Assembly (NCBI GenBank): GCA_054600435.1 | Contig: BAAIJX010000022.1 | Span: 1 to 64,000 of the forward strand | Origin: Neophaeotheca triangularis | Taxonomy: Eukaryota | DNA: 64,000 nt | Direction: 5' to 3' | Shown: one piece after another, positions 49,220-60,800 of the stretch | How the letters are laid out: the number at the start of each line of letters is the position of its first letter | Numbering within the stretch: position 1 is the stretch's first letter | The notes under the pieces: model-generated | Database searches by the model: none | What the model saw: the letters and a program-made list of their open reading frames with translations, nothing else | Told to the model about the DNA's origin: nothing | Position numbers and translations under genes: made by a program

Positions 49220-49992
49220 TAACGACAATGTCTTTAGAGAGCTAGGTCTATGGCTAAAAGTCAAAATCTAAAGAGTCCGACGGAGGGAAGGGTCTATTGA
49301 TGCAGGCCCACTCTACTAAAGGCGTGTCTCCTCTAGGACGGGTAGGCGGGGACGAAGAACGGGGGGAATCGGACAACGTCTAGTTGATATTGTTGACGAG
49401 GCCATTCTCTAGGTCGCTTTCTTCGATTTCTAGCGAGGGCTAAGGTTGGTGACGATCCGTGAGGTCTTCGTAATCATTATCTAAAGCCGTAGCGATCTGT
49501 CCTTGATTATCTAAATATCGATAGAGAGTCGAGGGGAAGTCCTATGTGTTAGTATGCCTAGACTATAGCGAATTGTTCAAGATAGAGCTACTAGAAAACA
49601 GTAGTCGCTTAGTGTGTTGTACCGGCGGAGGCGTGTGAAAGGACCTAGACATATCCGAGGAAGACGACAGTAGCCGGTCTTGACGTAGTGGCTCGCATAA
49701 CATCCGCGCTATAGCTACTTCTTCTACTATAGTACTACCGATTTGGTAGTGTGTCTTCCTTCTCTTCGTAGATCTACTAGCTCCTTTATTCATAATAGAG
49801 GAGTGAACAGACGCAGCATACTATGCTTAGCGTTAACTACCTAGAAAGCCTATAACTCCCGCCTCGTCGAGCTTACTCTTACCTATACCTTTATGCTCCT
49901 CCTCTTATTAGCGTAGAGATAACGAAAAGCCCTAGAACTCGCCCCCTTCGCTATATTATTCCTTCTTACTCTCGCGGCTATTACGGTTCCTG

Positions 49993-50118
49993 ACGTTATC
50001 TAGTAAAGTCTGAGTGGGTACGGGTACGGAGGTAGGGGTAGTAATCGAAGGCTTAACGTTGTCCGGTAAAGTCTGAGCGGGTATGGGTACGGAGGCGGGG
50101 GTAGTGATCGAAGGCTTA
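49993..50118. repeat. 63-bp tandem duplication
   Basis: acgtt.tc..gtaaagtctgag.gggta.gggtacggagg..ggggtagt.atcgaaggctta occurs twice. Confidence 0.85.
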
Positions 50119-50515
50119 CTAAACACTACTTATAAGTTAGAGTAGCTCGCTTCACTTGCTGCTAGTTAGATAAAGCATATATTTTGCTCCCTATGCGGTA
50201 GTTGTGGAGACTACGCACGCCTAAAAGGAAGGTCGTGGGGTAGTAAGTAAAGGATCGGGAGTCTATATAGGGTCGACTTTGCGTTTTCTGTTACGCTTCC
50301 GGCCGCCGCGGCGCCTATTGCTGCGTCCCATACTTCTAGAGCCGGAGGTAGCGAGGTAGCGCTCGTAGAGTGCGGCAAGGATGAAGTAGGGGTAACCAAG
50401 TGAAGTAAAGAGGGAAATGGAGAATACATGGAGGTAACCGCGGAGAAATCTCCCCGCGGCTTTGTGCGAGGCGCCAAGCCGCGAGCCACTCACCAAATCA
50501 TGAGAATCAGCAGCT

Positions 50516-50619
50516 TCAGACGACATCATACTTCTCCCCCGTCTTCTTCTCAACCTCCTTGACACTCTTGACATGCGTCTCATCTTCTTCCAGCTTCTTA
50601 ACATAAGCCCTCAATTTTG
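50516..50619 (-). pseudogene. 3'-terminal fragment resembling a glutathione S-transferase
   Basis: KLRAYVKKLEEDETHVKSVKEVEKKTGEKYDVV* resembles the last helices of fungal GSTs; not RIP-mutated; no upstream part. Confidence 0.5.
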
Positions 50620-51465
50620 CTGATTGGCGATTATAGGAAGTAGGCGTTTTCCTTGCTGCTGCCTACACGACTACCATACTGATCGATCGATAGGGACGCC
50701 TACTACGACCGCTGGGGTGCCGGCTACTTTTACGAGACCCAAGATGCCTTCAACACGTACGACAATCGCCTTTCATACATCCTCAACTACAGAGGCTTGT
50801 ACTCGGGAAAGGTGTGGAAGAGCTGGCCCGAGGCTATCGTGAGCTTCAATCTGCAGGTTCGACACTTTTCATAATCTCACCGCACAGGCCCAATGCTAAC
50901 CGCAAGACTCCAGAATGAGCCCATGACACCTTCCGCAAGCAATTGTCAGAACGGAGACCCCTACGGCTGGGCTTGCGGCCGTGCTCGCCACCTTCGCAAC
51001 CTCCTTGGATCGAACACGCACACATTGGTCTCTACCGGCGGCCTGGGCGGCGACATCTCCCACTCGTGCACATTCCTTCCCGCCGTAACCCAATGCGATG
51101 CCGTCGACGCCATCTCCGTGCATCGTTATGCTAGCGTCCCCGGTCGATGGAGCAGCGCCCTCCCCGGATGGATCAACTCATCCAACGGCAAGAAGGTCTA
51201 CCTGGAAGAGTGGGGCATCGACGCCTCGCAGTACGACCAAAAGGCGGCGTTTGTGTCGGAAGTCAACGACATGAATTCCGTCGGTCTTCCCAGCATGTAC
51301 TGGCAGATCCTCCCGCCGGCGACGAACAGCTGCCCGTACAACCCCAGCCAGGACTCAGGCGATCGTTTCGGCATCTTCTACAATTCTGGCGTCAACTTGC
51401 GTGGTCCGATCAATGGCGCTACGGGTATTAATGCTGCGCAGGATTGGACTGGTAGCGTTTACTGA
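50617..51465 (+). pseudogene. Glycoside hydrolase family 5 (mannanase-like), N-terminus missing; introns 50640-50693 and 50857-50913
   Basis: Spliced LLIGDYRKDAYY...FNLQNEPM (acid/base NEP) ... VYLEEWG (nucleophile) ... YWQ; no start codon or signal peptide upstream. Confidence 0.8.
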
Positions 51466-51599
51466 GCGGCTTGATCAGCGACTGCGCATATCACACTGGG
51501 TTGAAGATTGACTGAAAGGCTTCAGGCGGCCGGGTTTGGGTCATCACTTCAAGTATTTGCTGGTTTTTGTATGAGATCAATGTACTACCATCGCTTCTT

Positions 51600-53000
51600 T
51601 CATCGCTCGAATGACGCTGGAAAGGTGAAAGCTTGGATGAGTCTCTGTCAATGGCCAAGCGCTCACCTTGAGCCAGAAATTCTCACCCAAGGAGCATGCT
51701 ACCTTCTGCAAGTTACTACTCGAGCAATCCAAGTATGCTCCGCCTTGGTGCTCCTAGACCTGCCCAAGACTCTCATGAGCGTCCTGCTCTCTTCTCAAAA
51801 CTCTCAGCGAGTGCTTACTCGATCTTCATGTCACTCACGACCCCCTCTGCCAGAGCGTCCACTGCACTCGGGACAGGTTTGTTTGTCTCGATTAGGTCAC
51901 ATATGCCTCTCCCGCTCGGCTTAGTGCTCTCGTCTCCCGCAGTCTTCTCGCATCCATGATCCGACAAGCTGGTCCAAAAGCTGCATCCACTCCCTCGGAG
52001 CCTCCTTCGTATCAACATCCGGCTGCTCAGGAACTTCCCAAGTAGTCTTCCGGTCCCATGGCATGTCGGCCTTATTGAGTGGAAGATACTTGAAGTGTTT
52101 ACGACCACTCATGGCGCGGCGTGTTGTAGTCATTGGCATGTCAAGCCAGCATGTGTGTTCGATCGAGAAGCGGTAGGAGATAGCCTGGTTCGCCCGGCGT
52201 ACGATAACGTTGAGTTCCTCTGTGACCATAGCGGTGGGATGGAAGGCACGGGGTAGGTCGAAGAGGGCGACAGTGTCACGAGCAGCGTCTTTGCCGAAAA
52301 GATGAGCTGGCAATTTTCACTTCGCTGCTTTCTGGATGGAGTCGCACATCGCGCTCGGCTTACTGTGGTTCGCGGTCAGTCTCTGGATTTTGGGGTTAGG
52401 GGCTGTGGACTCGCTCACATGGTTTCCTGCACTTCGAGGCTCCGACTGTCGGTTTCGATGACTCTCCCACCGATCAGGTGGCTTACGAGGCGGTCGCTGT
52501 ACAAATTTGTTTGCCAGGACTCTGCCCCGTTCCTGAGCCTTTTGCTTCTCAGATTGCACACCGGCATCTAGCTGGTGTGCATGCAAGAAGTCTATGCTGG
52601 TATTCTGGCGCCCGTGTCCGCGACCAGGCACACAGGCCCAAGTTGTGCTGAGCGATAAACGGTTCAGGTCGTCAAGGAGTCCGCTCGCAACGCGCTCGAG
52701 TCCTTCGAGGCCATACGGGTACGGATCTTTCGCTTGCGAATCTGGTATCGAGAGAAGGTTGCAAACGGCATTCCTTTCTTGAGAAGTGCATGAACTTGAG
52801 TACTGGCACGTTTCGTCGATCAGGTGCCTCGCAGCGTCGAAGTATATTTCGGTGCTTTGCAACGCAATACCGATCAGCACATATCTCTCGGGTTCCTTCT
52901 CGATGGCACGTCTAGAAGCTCAGAATCCATGATGACGCGCAGTACAGGATCAACGACGGCGGCAAGGCAGGCGTAGTACTCGGCATAGGCAGTCCGGATT
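51600..53000 (-). pseudogene. Frameshifted remnant of a hypothetical protein
   Basis: Protein-like pieces (YYACLAAV; LIGIALQSTEIYFDAARHLI; HFKYLPLNKADMPW) spread over several frames. Confidence 0.5.
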
Positions 53001-53062
53001 CCGGAGAGCGGCATGATTACCAATCTGTGCTATACTCCAAGAAATGAAAGCCCCGTTGCATG

Positions 53063-54778
53063 CTACGTGATGTAAAGAAAGCCCTCCCCCTTCCGCCCCT
53101 CCCCACCCCACACCACCAACCTCCGCCTATTGTCCCTCTCCAGCACTACCCGCAATCCCCAAGCCAACAAGACCACACATCCCATAGCCAGAGCACAAAC
53201 CGCCATGCCTTTGACAAAGTAAGGCCCCTCTGCATCCGGATACAACCTCGTCCCGACCAAAGGTCCCAGCTGTCCTATAACCTGCAAAACCACTGTGCCG
53301 GTACCTTTACCCTCGTCCGAGGACTGGTTATTCAAAGTCCAAGTGATGACGACCGCGACGACGGAGAAGAAGCCGCTGCAAATGGGGAAGACGGCGAAGT
53401 AGCGCCAGCCATTAGAGAGGTTGAGGGGTTTTGCGAGGGCGAGAAGGACGTAACCGAAGCAGGCGAGGGTGCCGTGGAGGATTAAGGGGAGACTGCGGGT
53501 GCGGTAGCGGTCGGAGAGGTAGGCGGTCACGAGGACACTCACGAAAGCGAGGAGGAAAGGCGGGGCGGTGAGCGCTTGAGCGGTTTGGGAGGCATAGCCC
53601 ATGTCGGAAAGGATCGTGGGGAGGAAAACGGGCATGCTGCTGAAAGCGACGTTGGCGTTGAAGAATATGAGGGCGGTGAGGTAGGCTTTGGGGTCTGAGA
53701 GGGTGCTGAGGACGGCGCGCCAGTTGAAGCGGGGATTGCGAGCGGGTTGTGAGCGGGCTTGGATGGGATCGTTGGTTTCTTTCCGTAGTCGGAGTGTGGC
53801 GATCTTTCGCTCTCGCGTATTGAGCCAGCGAGCTGTGGAAGGCGAGTCCGGAATCCACCACCATGCCCATACTGCTATTAGCACGCTTGGAAACCCCTCA
53901 ACGAGAAAAAGCAGCCTCCAGCTCGCAACCGGTAAGTGATCGCCAAGTTGCACAACAGCCCACGCCAAACTTCCGGCAAAACTGGTCGCTAAAGGCGCAG
54001 CAGCAATTTGCAACCCTACGCTGAACGCGAGCTCCTCCCGCTTGAAGAAAAAAGACAGATAGAAAGGGACGCCGGGCCCAAAAGCCGCCTCCCCGATCCC
54101 CAACAGCGCCCTCAGCACCAACAAGAACGGAAAACTCGTCGCCAGAGCTTGCAAACCAGCTACAACACCCCAGGATGCCACGCAAAGACTAATGTAGGCA
54201 TGCGGCGGCAAAACTTTGTACAACAGCGTCATCCATTCGAAGAGCACGTAGGTTATATAGAAGGCTGTCAACAACCACTCAAACTGAGCGTCCGAGAGAT
54301 CCAAGTCTTCCATGAGGCCTGCCACCTTGGCGTTACCGATATTGGATCTGTCAAGGAAGGAGAGTAGGTAGAGGAGGCAGACGAAGAGGACAAGGTGCGT
54401 GTGGAGTTTGCGCCGGACTCGCCGTTCTTCGTCGGGGGTATAGAGTTCGAAAGACTGAATGCTGGATGTGCGACGACGGCGGGGTTCGGTCCTCTTCCTC
54501 AGGGCGCCTGCGGCTTCATCCTCGCTGCCCTCGTCGTCGTCGGCGTCATTGTCCTCAGCCCCGGCGGTGGATGGTCCCTCTCCCTTCGCCCTATCTGAAT
54601 GCTGCCCAAACTCTTTCAACTCATATCCTTCATCCTTCTCCAGATCCTCGAGCTCCCATTCATCGTCGTCAGAGACCGTATCGGGGGTGTATCGCACGCT
54701 CGAGGGAGAGCCATCCTTCGAGTTCGGACTGTGAGCATCATCCTTGCTTGTCACTGGCGCATACCGGCTCGAAGACAT
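53063..54778 (-). CDS. MFS transporter, anion:cation symporter (Dal5/Tna1-like) family
   Basis: 571-aa ORF; LSFLDRSNIGNAK, WRLLFLVEG, PDSPSTARWL motifs; many TM segments. Confidence 0.93.
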   Translation of the reverse strand: MSSSRYAPVTSKDDAHSPNSKDGSPSSVRYTPDTVSDDDEWELEDLEKDEGYELKEFGQHSDRAKGEGPSTAGAEDNDADDDEGSEDEAAGALRKRTEPRRRRTSSIQSFELYTPDEERRVRRKLHTHLVLFVCLLYLLSFLDRSNIGNAKVAGLMEDLDLSDAQFEWLLTAFYITYVLFEWMTLLYKVLPPHAYISLCVASWGVVAGLQALATSFPFLLVLRALLGIGEAAFGPGVPFYLSFFFKREELAFSVGLQIAAAPLATSFAGSLAWAVVQLGDHLPVASWRLLFLVEGFPSVLIAVWAWWWIPDSPSTARWLNTRERKIATLRLRKETNDPIQARSQPARNPRFNWRAVLSTLSDPKAYLTALIFFNANVAFSSMPVFLPTILSDMGYASQTAQALTAPPFLLAFVSVLVTAYLSDRYRTRSLPLILHGTLACFGYVLLALAKPLNLSNGWRYFAVFPICSGFFSVVAVVITWTLNNQSSDEGKGTGTVVLQVIGQLGPLVGTRLYPDAEGPYFVKGMAVCALAMGCVVLLAWGLRVVLERDNRRRLVVWGGEGRKGEGFLYIT

Positions 54779-55050
54779 GCTACATTAGCATCGAGAAGGT
54801 CAGCTATACGTGCACCGCCGTATCGGAAGCCAGTGGACTCTTATAGCATTTCGTATAGATTGTGTGAAGCGCTCTATACATCCGTCCAGAGCAGTTGTGC
54901 AAGGTGAGGTTGAGCTTCCATGTTATGCATGCATTGATGTCTATAACCCTAACCCTTGCTTCAAGCCTCGAGCCTCGACTTCAACACCCGCGACTTCAAG
55001 CCACTACCTACCAAATCACAATCGCGCCGCCCAGATCGCGCATCAACACC

Positions 55051-55823
55051 ATGGCCTTCCTCCGCTCCCTCCTGCGCCTCCCAGCGCCGACGCGCACCCT
55101 CTTCGCCAATATCCCAGCTCTCCAACAGTTCCGCCTCACCGCCGCAACCGCCCCCCTCCGCCGAACCTTCAACACCAGCTCCCCACGCGCCGCAACATAC
55201 AACCAAGTCCTCCGCGGCTGTCGCCAAGAGCAACGCGCTCGGAAACCCACGTCGCCAGCTCTAGTCGACAGACCAGAGATGAAGGGCGTTTGCATTCGAG
55301 TGGGGACTACGAAACCCAAGAAACCGAATTCGGGGGAAAGGAAGGTTGCTAGAGTTAGACTTAGTAGTGGGAGGATCATTACTGCATACATTCCTGGTGA
55401 AGGTGGGTGTGCTCGTTCTCTTCTGTCTTGTGGTTCGGGGTTTGAGGTTATGAGGTATTGGGTGTGGGAATTGGGGGGGAGGGTTGGGGGTTTGGATGGA
55501 AGGGATGGGGCGTTTGAATGAAGGATTTGGGAGTGGAATGCGCAAGACTGTTGCGGAATAGACGGCTGACTTTTGAGCGCACAGGCCACAATGTACAGCA
55601 GCACTCGGTAGTACTGGTTCGAGGCGGGCGTTCGCAGGATTGTCCCGGTGTCAAGTACCATCTCGTGCGCGGGGCTATGGATTTGGTGAGTCTCTATCCT
55701 TGCGAGAGATTAGCCATGGCGTGATGAAGGGGACGGAGCGCTAATGTGGATATGCAGGGTGGTGTTGGCAATAGGCTTAGCAGCCGGTCGAAGTATGGGG
55801 CGAAGAAGCCTAAGACGAACTGA
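55051..55823 (+). CDS. MRPS12: Mitochondrial ribosomal protein S12; exons 55051-55402, 55585-55685, 55758-55823
   Basis: [52 protein letters not shown]-terminal presequence-like region. Confidence 0.96.
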
Positions 55824-56266
55824 ACGAAGCGGACGATATGAGTAGAGAGTAGAGTGGGCGAGAAGTTGAGCTTGTTGCGAGCTCGATACAACCAGTGGGC
55901 AACAAACTCGTGGGCAGCATGGCACAAGAGCGCGCAATTGCTGGATAAAGAAGGCAGAGAGCGAGAGATGGCCGCCCAAAGTGCCATGGAAGAGACGGCT
56001 GCGAGAGATGCTGCCTAGCAGGACTGATTGGAAGTAATTCTCCGGACGAAAGCAGGAAGAAGCCATCATCAAGCTCGAAACCTCAAATGGGAGGCAATGA
56101 GCATTTTATTCATATCGCATCATGTGTACTTTTACAGAAAGGAGCCCAACCGCCGACTGGATAACGCTTTCCCTTTCGCTCTTAAGAATAGGTGACATAA
56201 TCCATTCCTCGTACCCATCGCAGTCCCCAACCGAGCCAAGTCACCCTTCTCATCCACGCTCCCTCA

Positions 56267-57917
56267 TCAACTCCCCTCTTCCACTCCCATCTCCGCCAAT
56301 TCCCTCTCTTTCGCCAATAGCATCTCCCGCATACTCTCCGCCTCCTTCCTCAGCGCCGTTCTCCGAGCTTCCCGCTCCGCGCTTCCGGCGACACCAGGCA
56401 TGCTAGGCGAGCGCGTCGGCAGTCTCTGCTGGGATTGCTGTAGAGAAGGGTCGATGTTATCGTTGTGCTGGTTGTTGCTCCTTGGAGAAGTATTCTGCGC
56501 GTGCGGGTAGGGAAGTTCGGCGATCTGCGGTGCAGGATTATCGCGTTCGCTCGTGGAGAAAGTGCGTTTGCTCGGGACCGAGGGGTGGGAGTGGCTGTGG
56601 TTTGAGGGTGACGGGGTGCTGGATGCAATGGTCTGGGGTTGGCGCGTGAAGTTCGTGAAGTCGACAGGTATGGGGGCGTTCCTCGGGTGCGGGTCGGTGT
56701 GATGTTGGTGATGGTCTTGCATTGCGGGGTCGATGTTGGCGTCGAAGGGTTGATTGGGGTTCAAGGGCGAGGGAGCGGGTTCCGTGGTCATTGCGGAGCG
56801 GTCTTCATCGGTGGTGGGCTCTCGCAGGGAGGGTGATGTTTGGTGGGGTTGCTGCTCGTATTGCCCTGCTACGGCTGGGACTACGCGTTTTCTTCGCTTG
56901 ATTTCGCCCTTTTTCATCTGGAGTGGACGGTGGGAGCCGTGGAGTTTGTAGTAGAGACCTAAAGGATTGTTAGTGGCTTGAAAGAATAAGCAAGGCGGCT
57001 TGACACTTGCCGCAGGCATTGCAAATGGTATGGCCAGCCTCATCTCTACGCCAGAGGGGAGTGATGGTTGTGCCACAGTTCTGACATGCTACCACTACGT
57101 TCGTGGATGATGCAGCATCATTGCTCCCTCCGGTTGGCTGGCTAGTGGGCTGCGATACCTGGCCAAAGCTAGTCTCGCCATTGGAGTGATTGAGCGCAAC
57201 CTGGGCGGTCTTTGAGATGCGGTTGTTGTACGCTGGACACCCACTGCAGCCGTCGTGGCCGCCAGTACCATTACACCTTCCCCCACCCGGACAAGTGCCG
57301 CTCGTGCTTTGATCTGCAGAAACATAGGTAGCCCCTCCTTGAATAGATGTAGGCGAAGCACCTCTGTCCTCTTGACCTGGGCTTTGCTGCTGTGCCGCTG
57401 CCGCTGCCCCTCGCTTCAAGCCCACCGGACGCATTTGGTTGCGCGCCTTGTAGTAAAGTCCACACGCGTTGCAAATGACTGCGCCTGCGGGTGATCTCCG
57501 CCACAAGGGTGTTTTGGTCGTGCCGCAATTACTGCACATTTGGCCTCCGGGAATAGAGCCGGGGGTTGGCTGACGTGATTGCTGGTGTGCTGGACTTCGT
57601 GACATGGGTGAAGCGCGATCAATACTTGCGCCTTGATACGACTGCGGCATACTTTCGAATTGCGCATGGCTTGCAGTGCCTCCGGGAGTAAAGTCTCCGT
57701 TGCCACTCGGCTCGCTGGGCTGAGAGGCATTCACCGCCGAAAATGACTCGGTTCGCTGTTGGGGTCCCTGGTAGCTCTGTGAGTGGGCAATCAAGTGCCG
57801 TGCCGCTTCCAACTCGTCTTCAGAGGGCTCCTGTCGCACTCGCGCTGGCATCTGTGGCGATACTGGTATTTTGGCATCGGCTTGCGGCTCCGGGCCTAGC
57901 TCCGAAGGGACCGACAT
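56267..57917 (-). CDS. sreA: GATA-type siderophore/iron regulator (SreA/Sre1/Urbs1 family); intron 56959-57010
   Basis: Two CxxC-x17-CNAC GATA fingers flanking the Cys-rich GTCPGGGRCNGTGG..GC.GCPA segment; C-terminal coiled coil. Confidence 0.93.
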
Positions 57918-58939
57918 ATTCCTCCAGGCCAGCCGGCACCCTGAAATCGGACTGACGCGTTCTGAAATGGTGGTCGGGAAGTTCAGGCGGATAAGGTATT
58001 TGCCTTGTAGCCTAGGTAGAAAAGGGCGAGGCGGCGGATGGCAGGTGTTACGTTCTGTGGATTCCGCACTGCCTTCCCGCGTTTTGGGGGCTATGCAATG
58101 GCCGGTTCCGAGGTGAAATCGGGCTTGGTATGAATGTTAGATGCTCGTGGTCGCCTGTGGATGCCGAGTCAGGTTTGCTCGCCTTTGGAAAGGACGGGAT
58201 GCGGTGTTGTTGTGGTGAAGAGAGCCCAGTGACGCTGAAGCTTGGATTACTAATGGACTAATCAAGTCGTGTTGATTGGCCTGTGGCGGTCTACGCTAGT
58301 GAGTGACATTCTCAATGGGTCAGCATGATTGCATGGGCTCTGATTGGTTGACACTCGCTCCTACCAGAACTGATCCCGTTTCTTCTAGACTCACTTCACT
58401 TCACTTCACTTCACCTCATTCTCACCGCTCTCCATCAATTACACCTGACCACGAGAATTGGTACATCACAATCACGTCGGATTCAAGCAGTTGACGTGCT
58501 GCTCCCGAGCTCCGAAGGCACGTAGGCCACACATCCTCCCGGACTCACCGTAGGCCTGCCAATGATTACTTATAAAGCCAGTGTCAAAGCTCATGGCGTT
58601 GCCATTAATCGCCACTGCACCAGGTTATTTAGATCTGCTCACCATTTGCGCGAGAAAAACTGGATGAGAGCTGCCGAGCAGCAGTAGGCGGCGTAGCAAG
58701 GCTGCAATCCGGAGAGTATGCATGCCTAGAACATTGACATGATTGGGCGTGCAAGCGGCCATCTATTCTCAAGTCTCACCGGTCAATCGCGACTTCGAAA
58801 CCGTAGGATGCGTAGCTTCTACCGCCATGGGGAGCTCAGGAATCTACCTCAGCTGAGATACGGCTTCATAGGCGCCTCATCTCTTCCGCCTGACGCTCCG
58901 TCTTCGAGAACTTATCTTCCCGTTCGAATAACCACTGCC

Positions 58940-60800
58940 ATGAGCTCCTCCTATTCCTCACACTACAGCAACGAGCTGTCAGAACCGCTAGCATGGGAAA
59001 TCCCCCATGTCGAAGATACATCCACTCTGAGAGGCATAACTATGGTTCTGAGAACCCATGTTTTCGCCTGCCCTTCGCTCAGTCGTGCCGCCACAAAAGT
59101 ACCACGCCGTCTGCAGAAACGACCGACTGCCGAGAGCGCTGGTAATACCTTCTTCACAGACACACATTCTTCTTCTCAATCTGGAGACGCTGAGGGCCAG
59201 CCTGTGGCCGTGAGCATGTGGATGGTCGGCCTAGACAAGGCGCCTCCTTACTACGCAATCAGCTATCTTTGGGGTGACCCCGACGACCAGCGACCCGTTC
59301 TCGTCAATGGATTTGCAATAATCCCTTCATTATTCTGGATCTACGGCATAGTTATCAACCAGGAGAATCGCCAGGAGCGTAGTACTCGGGTCCAGCTCAT
59401 GCATCTCGTGTGTACGCCTTCATGGGTCATGCACTGACAACGTGCTCGCGACGGCTTATGTCGGCCGACAAGTACTAGAGATTAAGTTCCGTTCAAAACG
59501 TTCAAAAACGAAAGCATAGCAAATCAATACCAACCTATGATAGATCTGATGAAGTGGCAATGGTGACGTCAATTGTAGGCAACTCCTCAGGTACATGACT
59601 GGGCCATTTCATCCCGTGCTGATCCAGATACAGATGGGTAGTACAAGGGGCCCAATTTGGCTTTATTCATCGTGTCCTAGCTCATGTTGGTGAACTCTGT
59701 CTCGACTTCCTCGAGCTTCGCAATCTTTTTCTTTCGTTCCCGGGGGCGATTGATCGTTCAAACGATGTCCGACTTTCGCCGTTTCTGCAATGACTGGCGC
59801 CTTACAGCACGTACTATGGACCGAAACTTGATACAGCAAAGCCCATGCGTGATCCTAGGAGGACTGAGTTGGAAGGGAGCATCGGACCCACGAGACCACG
59901 TCTACGGCGCCCTCGCCCTATTACCTCCAGACATCGGCATACATGCGGACTACAACAAGCCCGTATTGCGGGTTTCGAACAGACCACAGCACAAATCGTG
60001 GAATACCAACGGTCTCTCGAAGGACTCACGTACTCTTTGGATTTACCTCAGTGGCCGGACTGGCCGTCGTGGTGTCCCAACTGGTCCCGATGGTGTTGGG
60101 TGAGAAGATTCTCAAATCGCACCCAGTCTCGACTCTCGCGCCACATACTTTGCAACTCACATTTCTTCCAGAAATTTGTTGGTCCGAGCATTTGTCGAAG
60201 GCAATGTAGTCAAGCAGGTCTACTCCACCGAGGATGAGAAGGCAGATCTGAGCTACTTGGACAGATCACGTCAGAGGGCGCTCTGGAGAGACCGTCGTCA
60301 AGCTGTTGCCCGAGAACATGCAGGAACTCCCGAAGAATTCTGGAAAGCAACGCTGTGGCCACGACGAGCCGGTCGACTGGCTTGAATCAGTCGAATCATC
60401 GCTTCGGGACCTACGGCCAAGAAGAGTGTTGAGGGCCTTGTATCTTGCATTCTCAGCCCGTACCTGAATGGGTATTTTGTCGCTGGTGGAGGCATGTTAT
60501 GCACGGTTTCGTACACATTGATGGCCATGCGACCAGGTGACACCCTCGCCATTCTCGCTGGGTCTGTCCCGTGGATCCTAAGATCGTGTGGCCGCAATGG
60601 GAACCATCATATCTACAGGTTGGTCGGTACGTATCTCAGGGCGGATAAGTTACATTGGTATCAAAGGCTGGTAAAAGACGCTGACATTCCACGCCAGGTA
60701 TTGAGAATGCGGTCGAGGAAGCCGCTCGACAAGCTGCCGGCGGCTCCGATGATTCCGATGTCAACAGCTTGTTCCACGAGATCGTTCTCGTGTAGACGCA
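58940..60800 (+). pseudogene. HET-domain (HET-6-like) heterokaryon incompatibility pseudogene
   Basis: YYAISYLWGD, FWIYGIVINQENRQER..VQLM, ASDPRDHVYGAL, PGDTLAILAG..PWILR..YRLVG in different frames. Confidence 0.75.

Larger units (their letters stand above)
47990..50331 (-). pseudogene. His-Cys-box (His-Me finger) endonuclease-like protein with C2H2-like fingers and a long low-complexity N-terminus
   Basis: 48610-48460 reads DKSYLYRHSECYNPIHITLESNRTN*SRDAC...CYKHCPRY, de-RIP SHLC..ECCNP.H...ES..NQSR..C...H.P.C; followed by CRRCKSPF...H. Start MGRSNRRRGGRKRNRKRK. Exon structure uncertain. Confidence 0.72.
25298..50492. mobile_element. Putative large multi-gene mobile/repeated element (~13.6 kb without the nested Gypsy block), RIP-mutated, unclassified
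   Basis: RIP signature across the block; interrupts a host gene on the left; about eight degraded ORFs including SNF2 and His-Cys-box endonuclease; candidate ends TGAGT...ACTCA. Boundaries are tentative. Confidence 0.6.

Noticed and set aside
25298..50492. Starship element
   Set aside because: No tyrosine-recombinase captain recognisable at either end and no matching direct repeats.
25296..50615. ATTGAG...CTCAAT as terminal inverted repeats of the large element
   Set aside because: The right-hand CTCAAT lies inside the GST-like coding tail (KLRAY), so it is more likely chance; the element end fits better near 50492.
58389..58414. (CACTT)n tract, and TAGG/TACC-rich tracts near 23140-23190 and 63080-63130
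   Set aside because: Ordinary intergenic microsatellite or low-complexity DNA.
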